DNA of 64,000 bases, taken from the sequence record MT127620. One strand, 5' to 3'. The notes under the pieces are model-generated. The model had not been told where the DNA came from, made no database searches, and saw only the letters and a program-made list of their open reading frames with translations. This document shows, one piece after another, positions 1-8,936 of the stretch (positions are counted from its first letter, which is position 1; each line of letters starts with the position of its first letter). This DNA is from Escherichia phage PGN6866. The position numbers and the translations under genes were made by a program.

Positions 1-1026
1 CAGAATGGTAAAAAACTTTCTTTTGCTAACTGGATTTCTGTTCTGTCCCCTCAGGATACCCCGTTCGTATCTATGACCGGTAAAGAGTCTATCAACCAGA
101 CTATCTTTAGCTGGCAGACCGATGCACTGGCAAGCGTTGACGGTAATAACGCACACGTCGAAGGCTCTCGTGCTGAAGACGGCGAAATGAAACCGACTGT
201 TATCAAATCTAACGTTACTCAGATTCTGCGTAAGGTTGTTCGTGTTTCTGATACTGCTAACACCACCGCTAACTACGGTCGTGGTCGTGAACTGATGTAT
301 CAGCTGGAGAAGAAAGGTAAAGAGATCAAGCGTGACCTCGAGAAAATCCTTCTGTCCGGTCAGGCTCGTACCGACGTTCTGGCTGACCAGTACCTGACTA
401 ACTCTGCAACTGATCCTGCAACTGTTGGTCTGAACGACACTCATGCAGCTCGTAAGACTGGTGCATTCCAGTTCCTGTGTGCTCACGGTGGTCTGGCTGG
501 TGGTGTTGTTGACAAGACCAAGAATGGTCCTGCTGACCCGGATACTGGTGCAGTAACTGTTAAAGTTGCACAGAATGCTTCTAACCCGACCACTAACATT
601 GGTTTCGACGAAGCTGATATCTTTGATATGACTCTGCAACTGTATACCGCTGGTTCTGAAGCAGATATCATCATGATTAACCCGGCTCATGCTAAGATCT
701 TTGCTGGTCTGCAAGAAAATACTCAGGGTTCACGTAAGCGTATCTTTGAGAACACCAAGCAGTTCATCTACGAAGTTAACAGCATCACTGACCCGCTGGG
801 CCAGAGCTACAAAATCATCGTTAACCGTTGGATGCCTACCGATGCAGTTTACTTCTTCCGTAGCGCTGACTGGACCCAGATGGTTCTGCGTGCTCCGAAA
901 CGTACTGAACTGGCGAAAGATGGTTCTTACGAGAAGTGGATGATTGAAATGGAAGTTGGTCTGCGTCACCGCAACCCGTATGCTTCCGGCGTTCTGTTCA
1001 CTGCTGCGGGAAAGGTGGCGGCGTAA
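1..1026 (+). CDS. Probable major capsid protein, 5'-truncated (frame open to window start; track ORF begins at 73)
   Basis: Frame 1 has no stop from nt 1; strongly biased high-expression codon usage (ctg/cgt/ggt/gct/aac); first gene of structural module; followed by -1 frame Ig-like ORF. Confidence 0.6.
   Translation, partial: QNGKKLSFANWISVLSPQDTPFVSMTGKESINQTIFSWQTDALASVDGNNAHVEGSRAEDGEMKPTVIKSNVTQILRKVVRVSDTANTTANYGRGRELMYQLEKKGKEIKRDLEKILLSGQARTDVLADQYLTNSATDPATVGLNDTHAARKTGAFQFLCAHGGLAGGVVDKTKNGPADPDTGAVTVKVAQNASNPTTNIGFDEADIFDMTLQLYTAGSEADIIMINPAHAKIFAGLQENTQGSRKRIFENTKQFIYEVNSITDPLGQSYKIIVNRWMPTDAVYFFRSADWTQMVLRAPKRTELAKDGSYEKWMIEMEVGLRHRNPYASGVLFTAAGKVAA
1008..1014 (+). other. Candidate programmed -1 ribosomal frameshift site, slippery heptamer G_GGA_AAG
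   Basis: X_XXY_YYZ heptamer 4 codons before capsid stop; -1 frame is open from 909 through the Big_2 ORF to 1550. Confidence 0.45.
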
Positions 1027-1037
1027 CAGTAGACAGT

Positions 1038-1550
1038 GTGACTGTTAGCCCTGCGTCTTTAGCTAGTCTAGAGACAGGGGCTACTCGGCAGTTCACTGCA
1101 AGCGCGGAGAAAAGTGATGGTTCTACCGAAACAACTGGCTTTACTTGGTCAGTGACAGGAGGTGGTTCTATCACTCAGTCGGGTTTGTATACTGCTCCGA
1201 GTGCGTCTCAATCCACTGATGTATCCATTACTGCAACTTTAGAAGGTGTTTCTGGAACAGCAACCATTTCTGAAATTGTTGCTCCTACTCCTACTATTGT
1301 AGCTAAGGGTCCAATTACGGGTAAAACTGGTGGTTCCTCCACTAATTTCACTACCATGTTTACTGTAACTAATTCTGCTGCTGCGGATTACACGTTTGTT
1401 GTAACTCCTACAGAAGCTGGTACAGTAAGCGCAGCTGGTGCGTTAACCTTAGATTCTGCTGCAAGTGGCGAAGTTACTGTTCAAGCAAGTTTGACAGCTG
1501 ATCCGTCCATCAATGCAACATGCACTTTTACTGGTGTAACACCTGCTTAA
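1038..1550 (+). CDS. Ig-like (Big_2) domain ORF, probably expressed as C-terminal frameshift extension of the capsid protein
   Basis: Translation has Big_2-like pattern (TxxFTASxxxxDGS...WSVTGG...SGLYTA); in -1 frame of capsid gene; GTG is the only start. Confidence 0.55.
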   Translation: MTVSPASLASLETGATRQFTASAEKSDGSTETTGFTWSVTGGGSITQSGLYTAPSASQSTDVSITATLEGVSGTATISEIVAPTPTIVAKGPITGKTGGSSTNFTTMFTVTNSAAADYTFVVTPTEAGTVSAAGALTLDSAASGEVTVQASLTADPSINATCTFTGVTPA

Positions 1551-1557
1551 AACTAGA

Positions 1558-1587
1558 CCCTGCCTTCGGGCGGGGTTTTTTCGTTTT
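1558..1587 (+). terminator. Rho-independent terminator (ccctgcc-ttcg-ggcgggg + T-run)
   Basis: 7-bp GC stem with UUCG tetraloop followed by tttttt. Confidence 0.6.
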
Positions 1588-1609
1588 AAGACCTATACAA
1601 GCAAGTGTG

Positions 1610-1619
1610 TAATGTATAT
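1610..1619 (+). promoter_or_regulatory. TAATGTATAT motif, candidate phage promoter element
   Basis: Same 9-10 nt motif recurs at 18537 and in the 28.4 kb intergenic region; lies between terminator and RBS of next gene. Confidence 0.35.
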
Positions 1620-1651
1620 TCTTTGTCTACATATAACAAGGAGGACAACCT

Positions 1652-2404
1652 ATGGCAATGCCAGATGTTCAATACCCCATCAATACCTATGGGTGGCTAA
1701 AGAAGGCCGTGGCCCTCTGGGCAGATAGGGACGACGATGAATTTGTTAATCAAATTCCAAACTTTATTAACTTTGCAGAGAAAGAGATTTATCGTAACTT
1801 ACGTATTCCTCCTCTGGAAAAAGAAGTATATTTAGATATTAAAGATGGAGTAGCTTACATTCCTCCTGATTACTTAGAAGCTCAATGGATGATGAGAGCC
1901 AAAGATGGCACAATCTTCCAAGTAACCTCTCCTGAAGAGATTAGCTATCGTAGACAGCATGGAACAATTAACCCATCTCACTGGAATAACCAACCTGTCA
2001 ACTTTGCTCGTTTCGGTAGTCGTTTCATTTTCTACCCTAGCATCGAAGCAGATACTCCGTACTACCCTGATGATGGAAGCCCTTTGATTCCAGCAGAAAA
2101 CTCAGTGATTCTTAGCTATTATGCAGACCCACCGGAATTCCATGAAGATACAGATACTAGTACTATTCTTACTATAGCACCAGAACTTCTTCTGTACTTC
2201 ACCCTACGTCATGCTTGTCTCTTTGTTCAAGATGATAATGGTGTTCAGAAATGGTCAGCATTAGGAAAAGCTATCCTTGATGAAATGGTAGAACAGAATA
2301 AGAAACAAGAGTACTCAGGTTCACCTATCGCAATTCCGAATAACATGACTCGACTTCAGAGCAGCCTGCCTGATATTTATGGTATTCGTACTTCTCGTGT
2401 ATAA
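1652..2404 (+). CDS. Hypothetical virion protein (250 aa)
   Basis: ORF with strong RBS aaggagg; position in structural module. Confidence 0.7.
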   Translation: MAMPDVQYPINTYGWLKKAVALWADRDDDEFVNQIPNFINFAEKEIYRNLRIPPLEKEVYLDIKDGVAYIPPDYLEAQWMMRAKDGTIFQVTSPEEISYRRQHGTINPSHWNNQPVNFARFGSRFIFYPSIEADTPYYPDDGSPLIPAENSVILSYYADPPEFHEDTDTSTILTIAPELLLYFTLRHACLFVQDDNGVQKWSALGKAILDEMVEQNKKQEYSGSPIAIPNNMTRLQSSLPDIYGIRTSRV

Positions 2405-2413
2405 GGAGACAAT

Positions 2414-5056
2414 ATGATCGTTTATAATAACCAAGCACCTGATGCAGTGAATAACGTTGGGCAGTTTGGTGCTACTGAAGGCTCTATCGGAGCTTACAAG
2501 CAAGCAGCAGAGTATGCAGCTGACTCCAAATATTGGGCACTGCTAGCGGAGTCTAAGTTTGGTACAATCGATGACTTGATCGCTGAAGTGGAACGTCTGT
2601 ATCAACAAGGTGTTCTGATGAAGCAAGATATCGAGGATCTTAAGCAGGATTTTAAAGATCAAGATGCTCGTCTAATGACGTTAATTGCTCAAACTAACGC
2701 AGCAGTCTCTGATGCAAATAACGCAGTCGCCCTGATTAACCAGAAACTCATTGAAGTCCAGAATCAGCTTGATGTTCTGTTAGGAATGTCTGTTGATGTA
2801 ACAACCCTCCCTCCGGGAACTCCGGCTACTGGTTCTTTTAATCCTAACACTGGTGTAATTTCTTTAGGTATCCCAGAAGGTGAACCCGGAAAAGATGGTT
2901 CTGTTAAAGACTTGGATACAGCACCTACAGGTGTTCCAGAGCTAGGTGACTTGGGTTTCTATGTTGACAAAGATGACAATACCGTCCATAAAACTACTCT
3001 AGAGAATATTGCTAACTTAATCCCATCTGTTCGTTCTGTTTCTGTTAATGGGGGACCAGCTCTTGATGGAGAGGTTGCTCTAACAATCAACAAAGAGACA
3101 GTAGGTTTAGGAAATGTTCTGAACGTTGCTCAATACAGTCGTCAAGAGATTAATGACAAATTTGACAAGACTACCAAGACATACCAATCAAAAGCAGAAG
3201 CTGATGCTGATGCTCAGTATCGTCAAGTAGGTGAGAAAGTTTTAGTTTGGGAAGCTACTAAGTATGAATTCTATACTGTTGCTGCTAACAAAACACTAAC
3301 TCCTGTTAAAACTGAAGGTAGGATCCTTACTGTTAACTCCCGTTCTCCAGATTCCAGTGGTAACATTGACATTACTATTCCAACAGGAAACCCTTCTCTG
3401 TATCTTGGTGAGATGGTGATGTTCCCTTATGACCCAACGAAGAATATCTCCTATCCGGGTGTTCTTCCAGCTGACGGTCGTCTAGTATCTAAAGAATCTG
3501 CTTCAGACTTAGGTCCATCTCTTGTCAGTGGACAACTTCCTGTTGTTTCTGAAACTGAATGGCAAGCAGGGGCTAAACAATATTTCTCATGGGGTAAGCT
3601 AGCAGATGGGATTACTGATGCGGATTCTACTAATTTCATCAATATTCGACTTCCTGATTGGACTGGAGGGGAGGCAATAAGAGCACCAGATTCTGATAAA
3701 GATTCTCAGTATAATGGGTCTGTACAGGCTCAGAAACCTTATGTTGTCACTGTAAATAACCAAGCTCCTGATGAGATTACTGGTAATGTGAACATCTCCA
3801 GATCTATCTTGGGAGCAGCTTCTTCTGGTGCAAACTCTGATATAACATCCCTGACAGGACTCACTACAGCTCTCTCTATCGCTCAAGGCGGTACAGGAGG
3901 GAAAACTCCATCTGAAGCTAGGGCAAACCTGAATCTTGAAAGATTTCAACAAGACAATTCGCAGACTTTGATATATTCTCCTGATTATGCCCGTCGTGTT
4001 TATGTTGACAACACTGGTGGTTCTTGGGGGTGCCAGAACGTAACAGATGGCGGTTTTATTGCTCTTGGTATTCCTCAAGGGGGTACGGGAGCTAAGGATG
4101 CTGCTGGTGCACGAAGCAATCTCGGTTTGGGTTCAGTGTCCACGCTAAACAATATACCCGTAGCTAATGGAGGTACTGGAGCAACTACTGCTGCTGGTGC
4201 TCGTTCCAACTTAGGTCTCGGGAGTGTTTCTACTCTAGATAACGTCCCTATCGCTAGCGGTGGGACAGGTGCTGGGGATGCTGCTGGTGCAAGGTTTAAC
4301 CTAGGGTTGGGGAGTTCAGCTACTCTAAACACTGGAACTACCAGCGGTAATGTTCTTAAGGTTGGTGATTTTGGAATTGGAAGACCTGACGGTGCTCTTG
4401 TTTTTGATACTACTTCACAAGACCAACTTCTTGCTGGACTTGACACTTATGGGCTGTGTGTGTTTAGGAATAACCAACAAATAGCAGCACCTTGGGATAT
4501 ATGGAATTACTCCTCAAACCTCTTCTTTAGGGCAGGAGACACATACAGTATGATAAGTATTCCGTTTGAGTCTGCCGGTAAGATAAAAGTTTTTGGTGGT
4601 GCAGCAGGCAGTGGGTGGAAAACCTCAAGGACGGTATATGATACTGTAAATACAACTGTTGACGTCAATGGCTTTATCAAAGCAGCGTCACCAATAGTTA
4701 AGGTATTCCATGACGGAAGTTTTGAAACAAATGAACAATCTGATGGAGTTAGTGTTAAGAAAATCTCCACTGGGGTTTATTTAATTTCAGGGTGTCTTGG
4801 TCTTAATTCTGATGCAGGATGGGGTGGGGTAGATGGAGGCTTTGAAATCCCAATAGACCGAAACAAACAACCTAGAGTTTGGCTTGACTATGAGGTTAAA
4901 GAGGATGGTTCTCTTTTAATTAAAACTTATCATAGAACCCATTCAACATCCCCAGCTTTTGCTAGAAACGAGTTGGAAGGTTTTTCTGACGGAGACCCTG
5001 TTGACATTCCTAAGGATGCGTTCATTTCGGTTCGTGTTGAAATGCCTTCTAAGTAA
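2414..5056 (+). CDS. Tail fibre protein with repeated GGTG-x(6-8)-AR-x-NLGLG motifs
   Basis: Four tandem copies of a GGTGA..AGAR.NLGLGS repeat typical of phage tail fibres; RBS taaggag. Confidence 0.8.
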   Translation: MIVYNNQAPDAVNNVGQFGATEGSIGAYKQAAEYAADSKYWALLAESKFGTIDDLIAEVERLYQQGVLMKQDIEDLKQDFKDQDARLMTLIAQTNAAVSDANNAVALINQKLIEVQNQLDVLLGMSVDVTTLPPGTPATGSFNPNTGVISLGIPEGEPGKDGSVKDLDTAPTGVPELGDLGFYVDKDDNTVHKTTLENIANLIPSVRSVSVNGGPALDGEVALTINKETVGLGNVLNVAQYSRQEINDKFDKTTKTYQSKAEADADAQYRQVGEKVLVWEATKYEFYTVAANKTLTPVKTEGRILTVNSRSPDSSGNIDITIPTGNPSLYLGEMVMFPYDPTKNISYPGVLPADGRLVSKESASDLGPSLVSGQLPVVSETEWQAGAKQYFSWGKLADGITDADSTNFINIRLPDWTGGEAIRAPDSDKDSQYNGSVQAQKPYVVTVNNQAPDEITGNVNISRSILGAASSGANSDITSLTGLTTALSIAQGGTGGKTPSEARANLNLERFQQDNSQTLIYSPDYARRVYVDNTGGSWGCQNVTDGGFIALGIPQGGTGAKDAAGARSNLGLGSVSTLNNIPVANGGTGATTAAGARSNLGLGSVSTLDNVPIASGGTGAGDAAGARFNLGLGSSATLNTGTTSGNVLKVGDFGIGRPDGALVFDTTSQDQLLAGLDTYGLCVFRNNQQIAAPWDIWNYSSNLFFRAGDTYSMISIPFESAGKIKVFGGAAGSGWKTSRTVYDTVNTTVDVNGFIKAASPIVKVFHDGSFETNEQSDGVSVKKISTGVYLISGCLGLNSDAGWGGVDGGFEIPIDRNKQPRVWLDYEVKEDGSLLIKTYHRTHSTSPAFARNELEGFSDGDPVDIPKDAFISVRVEMPSK

Positions 5057-5065
5057 ATTAACAAT

Positions 5066-5084
5066 GCTCCCTTCGGGGAGCTTT
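5066..5084 (+). terminator. Weak terminator/attenuator hairpin (gctccc-ttcg-gggagc, short T-run)
   Basis: 6-bp stem with UUCG loop and 3 T, immediately followed by RBS of next gene. Confidence 0.4.
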
Positions 5085-5096
5085 AAGGAGATTTAA

Positions 5097-7277
5097 ATGT
5101 CTAGAGAATTAATGCCCAAATCTGGTATAATGATGCCTCATGTGGTTGTAACCAGAGATGCGGCTGTTGTTGGTGTTTCTACCGTAGATGGACAGGCAGG
5201 GGCTATTGACCTCACTGGAAAATATCTACAGAAAACCGACGCAGCTGCTACATACCAAACTAAAACAGAAGGTGCATCTAAAGATTTTGTGCTGGATTCA
5301 ATTCAACCTATTATGTCTGGTGCTTTGTTCCGAGAAGACCCTTGGGTTGTTAACGATACCCCCTTCCGCTCTACTGGTGCTAATGGTGTAGAGTCTGTGG
5401 ATATGATGAAAGTTACTACTGATAACTCAATTAAGATTGGTAGTTATGCCTCTTCAGTTCAAGGTGTAGAGATTCATTCTGCTGGTCGTCTTCAGGTTGT
5501 TGACCAGAATGACTCTGGAGTAGAAACTAAGTATCCTGTTTATTCTAAACGTTATCGTCCTGAGGTTGAGGATTTGCCTTTTGCTGCAATTGGTTCTTAT
5601 GTTAAAGATTCCAAAGGTCGTACTGTTGGCGTAAGTCGTACTGGTATTAACTCTGATATCAAACAGCTCACACAGAAAGTTACTTTCACTCAACCAGTAA
5701 CTATTCCTGATGCAGTTGGTGATTATGATGCAGTCACTTTGAGACAACTTCGTAATAGTGGTGGCGGTTCTGGCGGTCCTACAATGAGTGGTATTTCTAA
5801 CTTTGGTATTGGTGATTTCCACTTACGTGATAGTCGAGCTTTCATTCCAGCTTTCGAAGTGGTATCTGATGGTCAACTTTTAAACCGTGCCGATTACCCA
5901 GACCTTTGGGCTTACGCACAACTGTTGTCACCTATCGAAGATTCAGAATGGGTAAGTAACATCTACCAACGTGGTAAATACTCTAAAGGTAATGGCACAA
6001 CTACTTTCCGTGTCCCTGACAGAAACGGTGTACAATCTGGTTCTATTCAAGGTCTTTTCGGGAGGGGTGATGCTGGTTCTTCTGGTAGCAATGGGGTTGT
6101 ATCAGATTCTGGTGCACCAAATATCACATACGCATCTCCTCATACAATGGTAACTCTCGCCTCTGCTCCTGGGCAAGTGGCAACTAATGGGGCAATCCAA
6201 TCTATCACTTCTACAGATGACGTTGCTCCTGTTGGCGCAGGAGGTAAATATATATCCACAAACTTTGATGCATCGCGTTCTAGCTCTATCTATGGTCGCT
6301 CTCCTTCTGAGATAGTTCCTCGTAACTTTATTGGTGTTTGGACTATCCGTGCACACGGTGGATTTACTGCTGCTAATACTTCTTGGTCTGTTATTAATAG
6401 TGACTCGACAGAACCTGCATCCGGAACGGTTGTCAGGGGTGGTAGTGTCAAATCTGAATATAAGATTGGTACAAGCCTAAGGTATCAAGCATATCTTCAG
6501 GCATATGGGAGAATTGGTGGGTTGGCGTCTGAACAAGGCGCTGTGGTATCCAATGGGGTGCAAGAATGGTCATTCAACCAAGCTGGTACTTTGTACTTCC
6601 CAAGCGCAGAGATTCAGATTGGCACACTACGGCCTGATGGCGCATTACATATTAACGCATACGTCAGACCGAATGATGTCGTTGTACAACCATTAAACTC
6701 TGTTGGGGTCGCAGCTTCAGAAAGAAACGCCATCAGGATGATAAACTACGCGAATGTGCCGGAAGGAGGTTATATAAACTCCGTTGGCGGCGACTGGTAT
6801 GACGGGAATTGGTTACTTGGCGGAGTCAGAAGTGGCACAACAGCATTAGACCGCGTGCAGATTAACGTCTCTGATGGGCTTGGTAGTGGTGCCTCATACT
6901 TATTTGGATCTGATGGTATAGCAAGATGCCAAGAATGGAGAAGTACATCTGATGAACGAGTTAAAAGCAATATTGAGCGCATCAGTGACCCACTCTCTAA
7001 GATGAAGAATATCAAGGGGGTTTCATGGGTTCTGGAAACCAATGGCTCAACAGGGTATGGATTCATCGCACAGGACGTAGAGAAGGATTTTCCTGAAGCT
7101 GTATCAGAAACAAAGGCTTCACCAGTCACTCTGCGAGATGGGTCTGTGTTGGATAACGTAAAGTCGGTTAACACCACGGGCGTTGCTGCTGCGTTGCACC
7201 ATGAAGCTATTCTTGAACTCATGAAGCAGATTGAAGAGCTTAAGAAAGAGGTGTCAGAGCTTAAGTCTAGTAAGTAA
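5097..7277 (+). CDS. Tail fibre/spike protein with C-terminal S74-type intramolecular chaperone domain
   Basis: C-terminal segment (SDERVKSNIERI...GYGFIAQDVEKDFPEAV...ELKKEV) matches autoproteolytic chaperone domains of tail fibres/endosialidases. Confidence 0.75.
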   Translation: MSRELMPKSGIMMPHVVVTRDAAVVGVSTVDGQAGAIDLTGKYLQKTDAAATYQTKTEGASKDFVLDSIQPIMSGALFREDPWVVNDTPFRSTGANGVESVDMMKVTTDNSIKIGSYASSVQGVEIHSAGRLQVVDQNDSGVETKYPVYSKRYRPEVEDLPFAAIGSYVKDSKGRTVGVSRTGINSDIKQLTQKVTFTQPVTIPDAVGDYDAVTLRQLRNSGGGSGGPTMSGISNFGIGDFHLRDSRAFIPAFEVVSDGQLLNRADYPDLWAYAQLLSPIEDSEWVSNIYQRGKYSKGNGTTTFRVPDRNGVQSGSIQGLFGRGDAGSSGSNGVVSDSGAPNITYASPHTMVTLASAPGQVATNGAIQSITSTDDVAPVGAGGKYISTNFDASRSSSIYGRSPSEIVPRNFIGVWTIRAHGGFTAANTSWSVINSDSTEPASGTVVRGGSVKSEYKIGTSLRYQAYLQAYGRIGGLASEQGAVVSNGVQEWSFNQAGTLYFPSAEIQIGTLRPDGALHINAYVRPNDVVVQPLNSVGVAASERNAIRMINYANVPEGGYINSVGGDWYDGNWLLGGVRSGTTALDRVQINVSDGLGSGASYLFGSDGIARCQEWRSTSDERVKSNIERISDPLSKMKNIKGVSWVLETNGSTGYGFIAQDVEKDFPEAVSETKASPVTLRDGSVLDNVKSVNTTGVAAALHHEAILELMKQIEELKKEVSELKSSK

Positions 7278-7283
7278 TCTAGT

Positions 7284-7301
7284 AGCCCCTTCGGGGGCTT
7301 T
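7284..7301 (+). terminator. Hairpin agcccc-ttcg-ggggct after tail fibre gene, weak T-run
   Basis: 6-bp GC stem with UUCG loop. Confidence 0.45.
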
Positions 7302-7371
7302 AGTAGTGAGTACCCTTAGTAAGTAATGAAACTAATATATCCCAAGAGGTTAATATATAGGAGACACTCAA

Positions 7372-7590
7372 ATGAAAATGATGAAACAAGCTGCATACGG
7401 TTTAATATGTTTAGGCGCAGGTGTTGTGGTGTCGACCGCAGTTCCTGTAGGCGCAGTTCATCCATTAGTAACTGTCCCTGCTCCAGTAGAGAAGCTTAGT
7501 TCTCAATGTAAGCAGAGAACAATTCAAAATAACTTAGTTGTTATTTGCCCTGATGCTGAATCTAACGCTCTGAGAAAGATACTACCTTAA
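7372..7590 (+). CDS. Small protein with N-terminal hydrophobic segment (possible holin-like or secreted protein)
   Basis: 72 aa with one hydrophobic helix; directly upstream of lysozyme gene. Confidence 0.5.
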   Translation: MKMMKQAAYGLICLGAGVVVSTAVPVGAVHPLVTVPAPVEKLSSQCKQRTIQNNLVVICPDAESNALRKILP

Positions 7591-7619
7591 TTTAAAGGGA
7601 CTACAAAAGGAGGTTAGAA

Positions 7620-8111
7620 ATGGATAACGTCGCATTGCCACCTGTACAACTAAACTTAAGCCCAGCGGGAATGGAATTCATCATGAAGCATGAGGGTATG
7701 AGAACCAAGGCTTATAAAGATTCCGCAGGTATCTGGACTATATGTGTAGGGGCTACGCGCGATATGAATGGTTATCCGGTTAGACAAGGATTAACGTATT
7801 CTATAGAGGATTGTCTAGCTCTGCTAGATAGAGACACACAAGACTCTGTTCGTGCTACTCAGAAGAACATAAAGGTTCCTTTACTAGTTCATGAGTTTGA
7901 TGCACTCACTTCTTTCAACTTCAACGTTGGCAGTGGGGCTTTGAGCACATCTAAGTTAAGGAAGGTAATCAATGGAGATGTTAAGGGGGATGTTTATTCC
8001 GAATTTCTTCGTTGGGATAAAATAACGGTCAAGGGAGAGAAGCAGAGAAGTCAGGGTCTTCATAATAGAAGAGTTGCAGAAGCTAATCTTTACACCGAAG
8101 GTAAATATTAA
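7620..8111 (+). CDS. Lysozyme, glycoside hydrolase family 24 (T4 lysozyme-like)
   Basis: Motif EG.R.KAYKD.AG.WTICVG matches the GH24 catalytic region; RBS aaaggagg. Confidence 0.85.
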   Translation: MDNVALPPVQLNLSPAGMEFIMKHEGMRTKAYKDSAGIWTICVGATRDMNGYPVRQGLTYSIEDCLALLDRDTQDSVRATQKNIKVPLLVHEFDALTSFNFNVGSGALSTSKLRKVINGDVKGDVYSEFLRWDKITVKGEKQRSQGLHNRRVAEANLYTEGKY

Positions 8112-8123
8112 TGGAGGTGCCTT

Positions 8124-8927
8124 TTGGCTATCGAAACTAATGCGGTAGTTATTACCGACTTAAACCCGCTCTATCCTAGAGACAGGGATTACATCTACGA
8201 AGGGGCGGCTCAAATCCGCCTCATTAAACAAACGTTACAGAACACGTTCCCCAATGTTACAGAGCCAGTTGATATAGATTCTGACACATTTAAGATTATG
8301 TCAGAGAAGCTCAAGTTTACTGGTGATGCAATGGATGTTGGTGGTCTAATGATTAAGAACGTTACTCCGGGAACTGGTGACAAGGATGTTGTTACTAAAG
8401 GCCAGATGGAAGCGTTCATGAAGAACTGGATGGAAAACAAGGTATTCCGTATTGGTGCTTACTACATCACTGAAGAAGATATTAATCCCGGTGATTCCAT
8501 CTCCTTAGGGTTTGGCTCTTGGGCTAAAGTGACTGGTGTCATTATGGGTACTGGTGTAGTAAACCCTGATGGAACTGTTCCTAATGCTCAGAGGGTTGAG
8601 TTCCAAGCAGGTGGTACTGGTGGTCGTGTTTTCAATACCATTCGAACAGAGAACGTACCTTTGATGACAGTTAATGGCTCCAGCTTCTCTCTATCCAGTA
8701 ACACTCACAGCCACAATATGGTATTTGGTCGTGGAGATGCTAGTGGTCATAACAGCTCACCAAACTGGTATAGCCCGGGTGGTGGTTACAGCCAGAGAAC
8801 TGATAATGACACACACACTCATACAATCTCTGGTAGTGTAAGTCTTGGTCGTGATGATATCTCTCGTCAACCTATTAACACTTTGCCACCATTCAGAGCA
8901 GCTCACATTTGGAGACGTATTAGCTAA
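8124..8927 (+). CDS. Tail fibre-like protein with His-x-His motifs (TTG start)
   Basis: NTHSHN and DTHTHT motifs resembling metal-binding receptor-binding tips of tail fibres; RBS ggagg. Confidence 0.55.
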   Translation: MAIETNAVVITDLNPLYPRDRDYIYEGAAQIRLIKQTLQNTFPNVTEPVDIDSDTFKIMSEKLKFTGDAMDVGGLMIKNVTPGTGDKDVVTKGQMEAFMKNWMENKVFRIGAYYITEEDINPGDSISLGFGSWAKVTGVIMGTGVVNPDGTVPNAQRVEFQAGGTGGRVFNTIRTENVPLMTVNGSSFSLSSNTHSHNMVFGRGDASGHNSSPNWYSPGGGYSQRTDNDTHTHTISGSVSLGRDDISRQPINTLPPFRAAHIWRRIS

Positions 8928-8936
8928 GGAGGAATT

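Noticed and set aside
483-969. Track ORFs 483-674(-), 689-943(+) and 730-969(-) inside the capsid gene
   Set aside because: Embedded in or antisense to a strongly codon-biased gene; no RBS or recognisable features.
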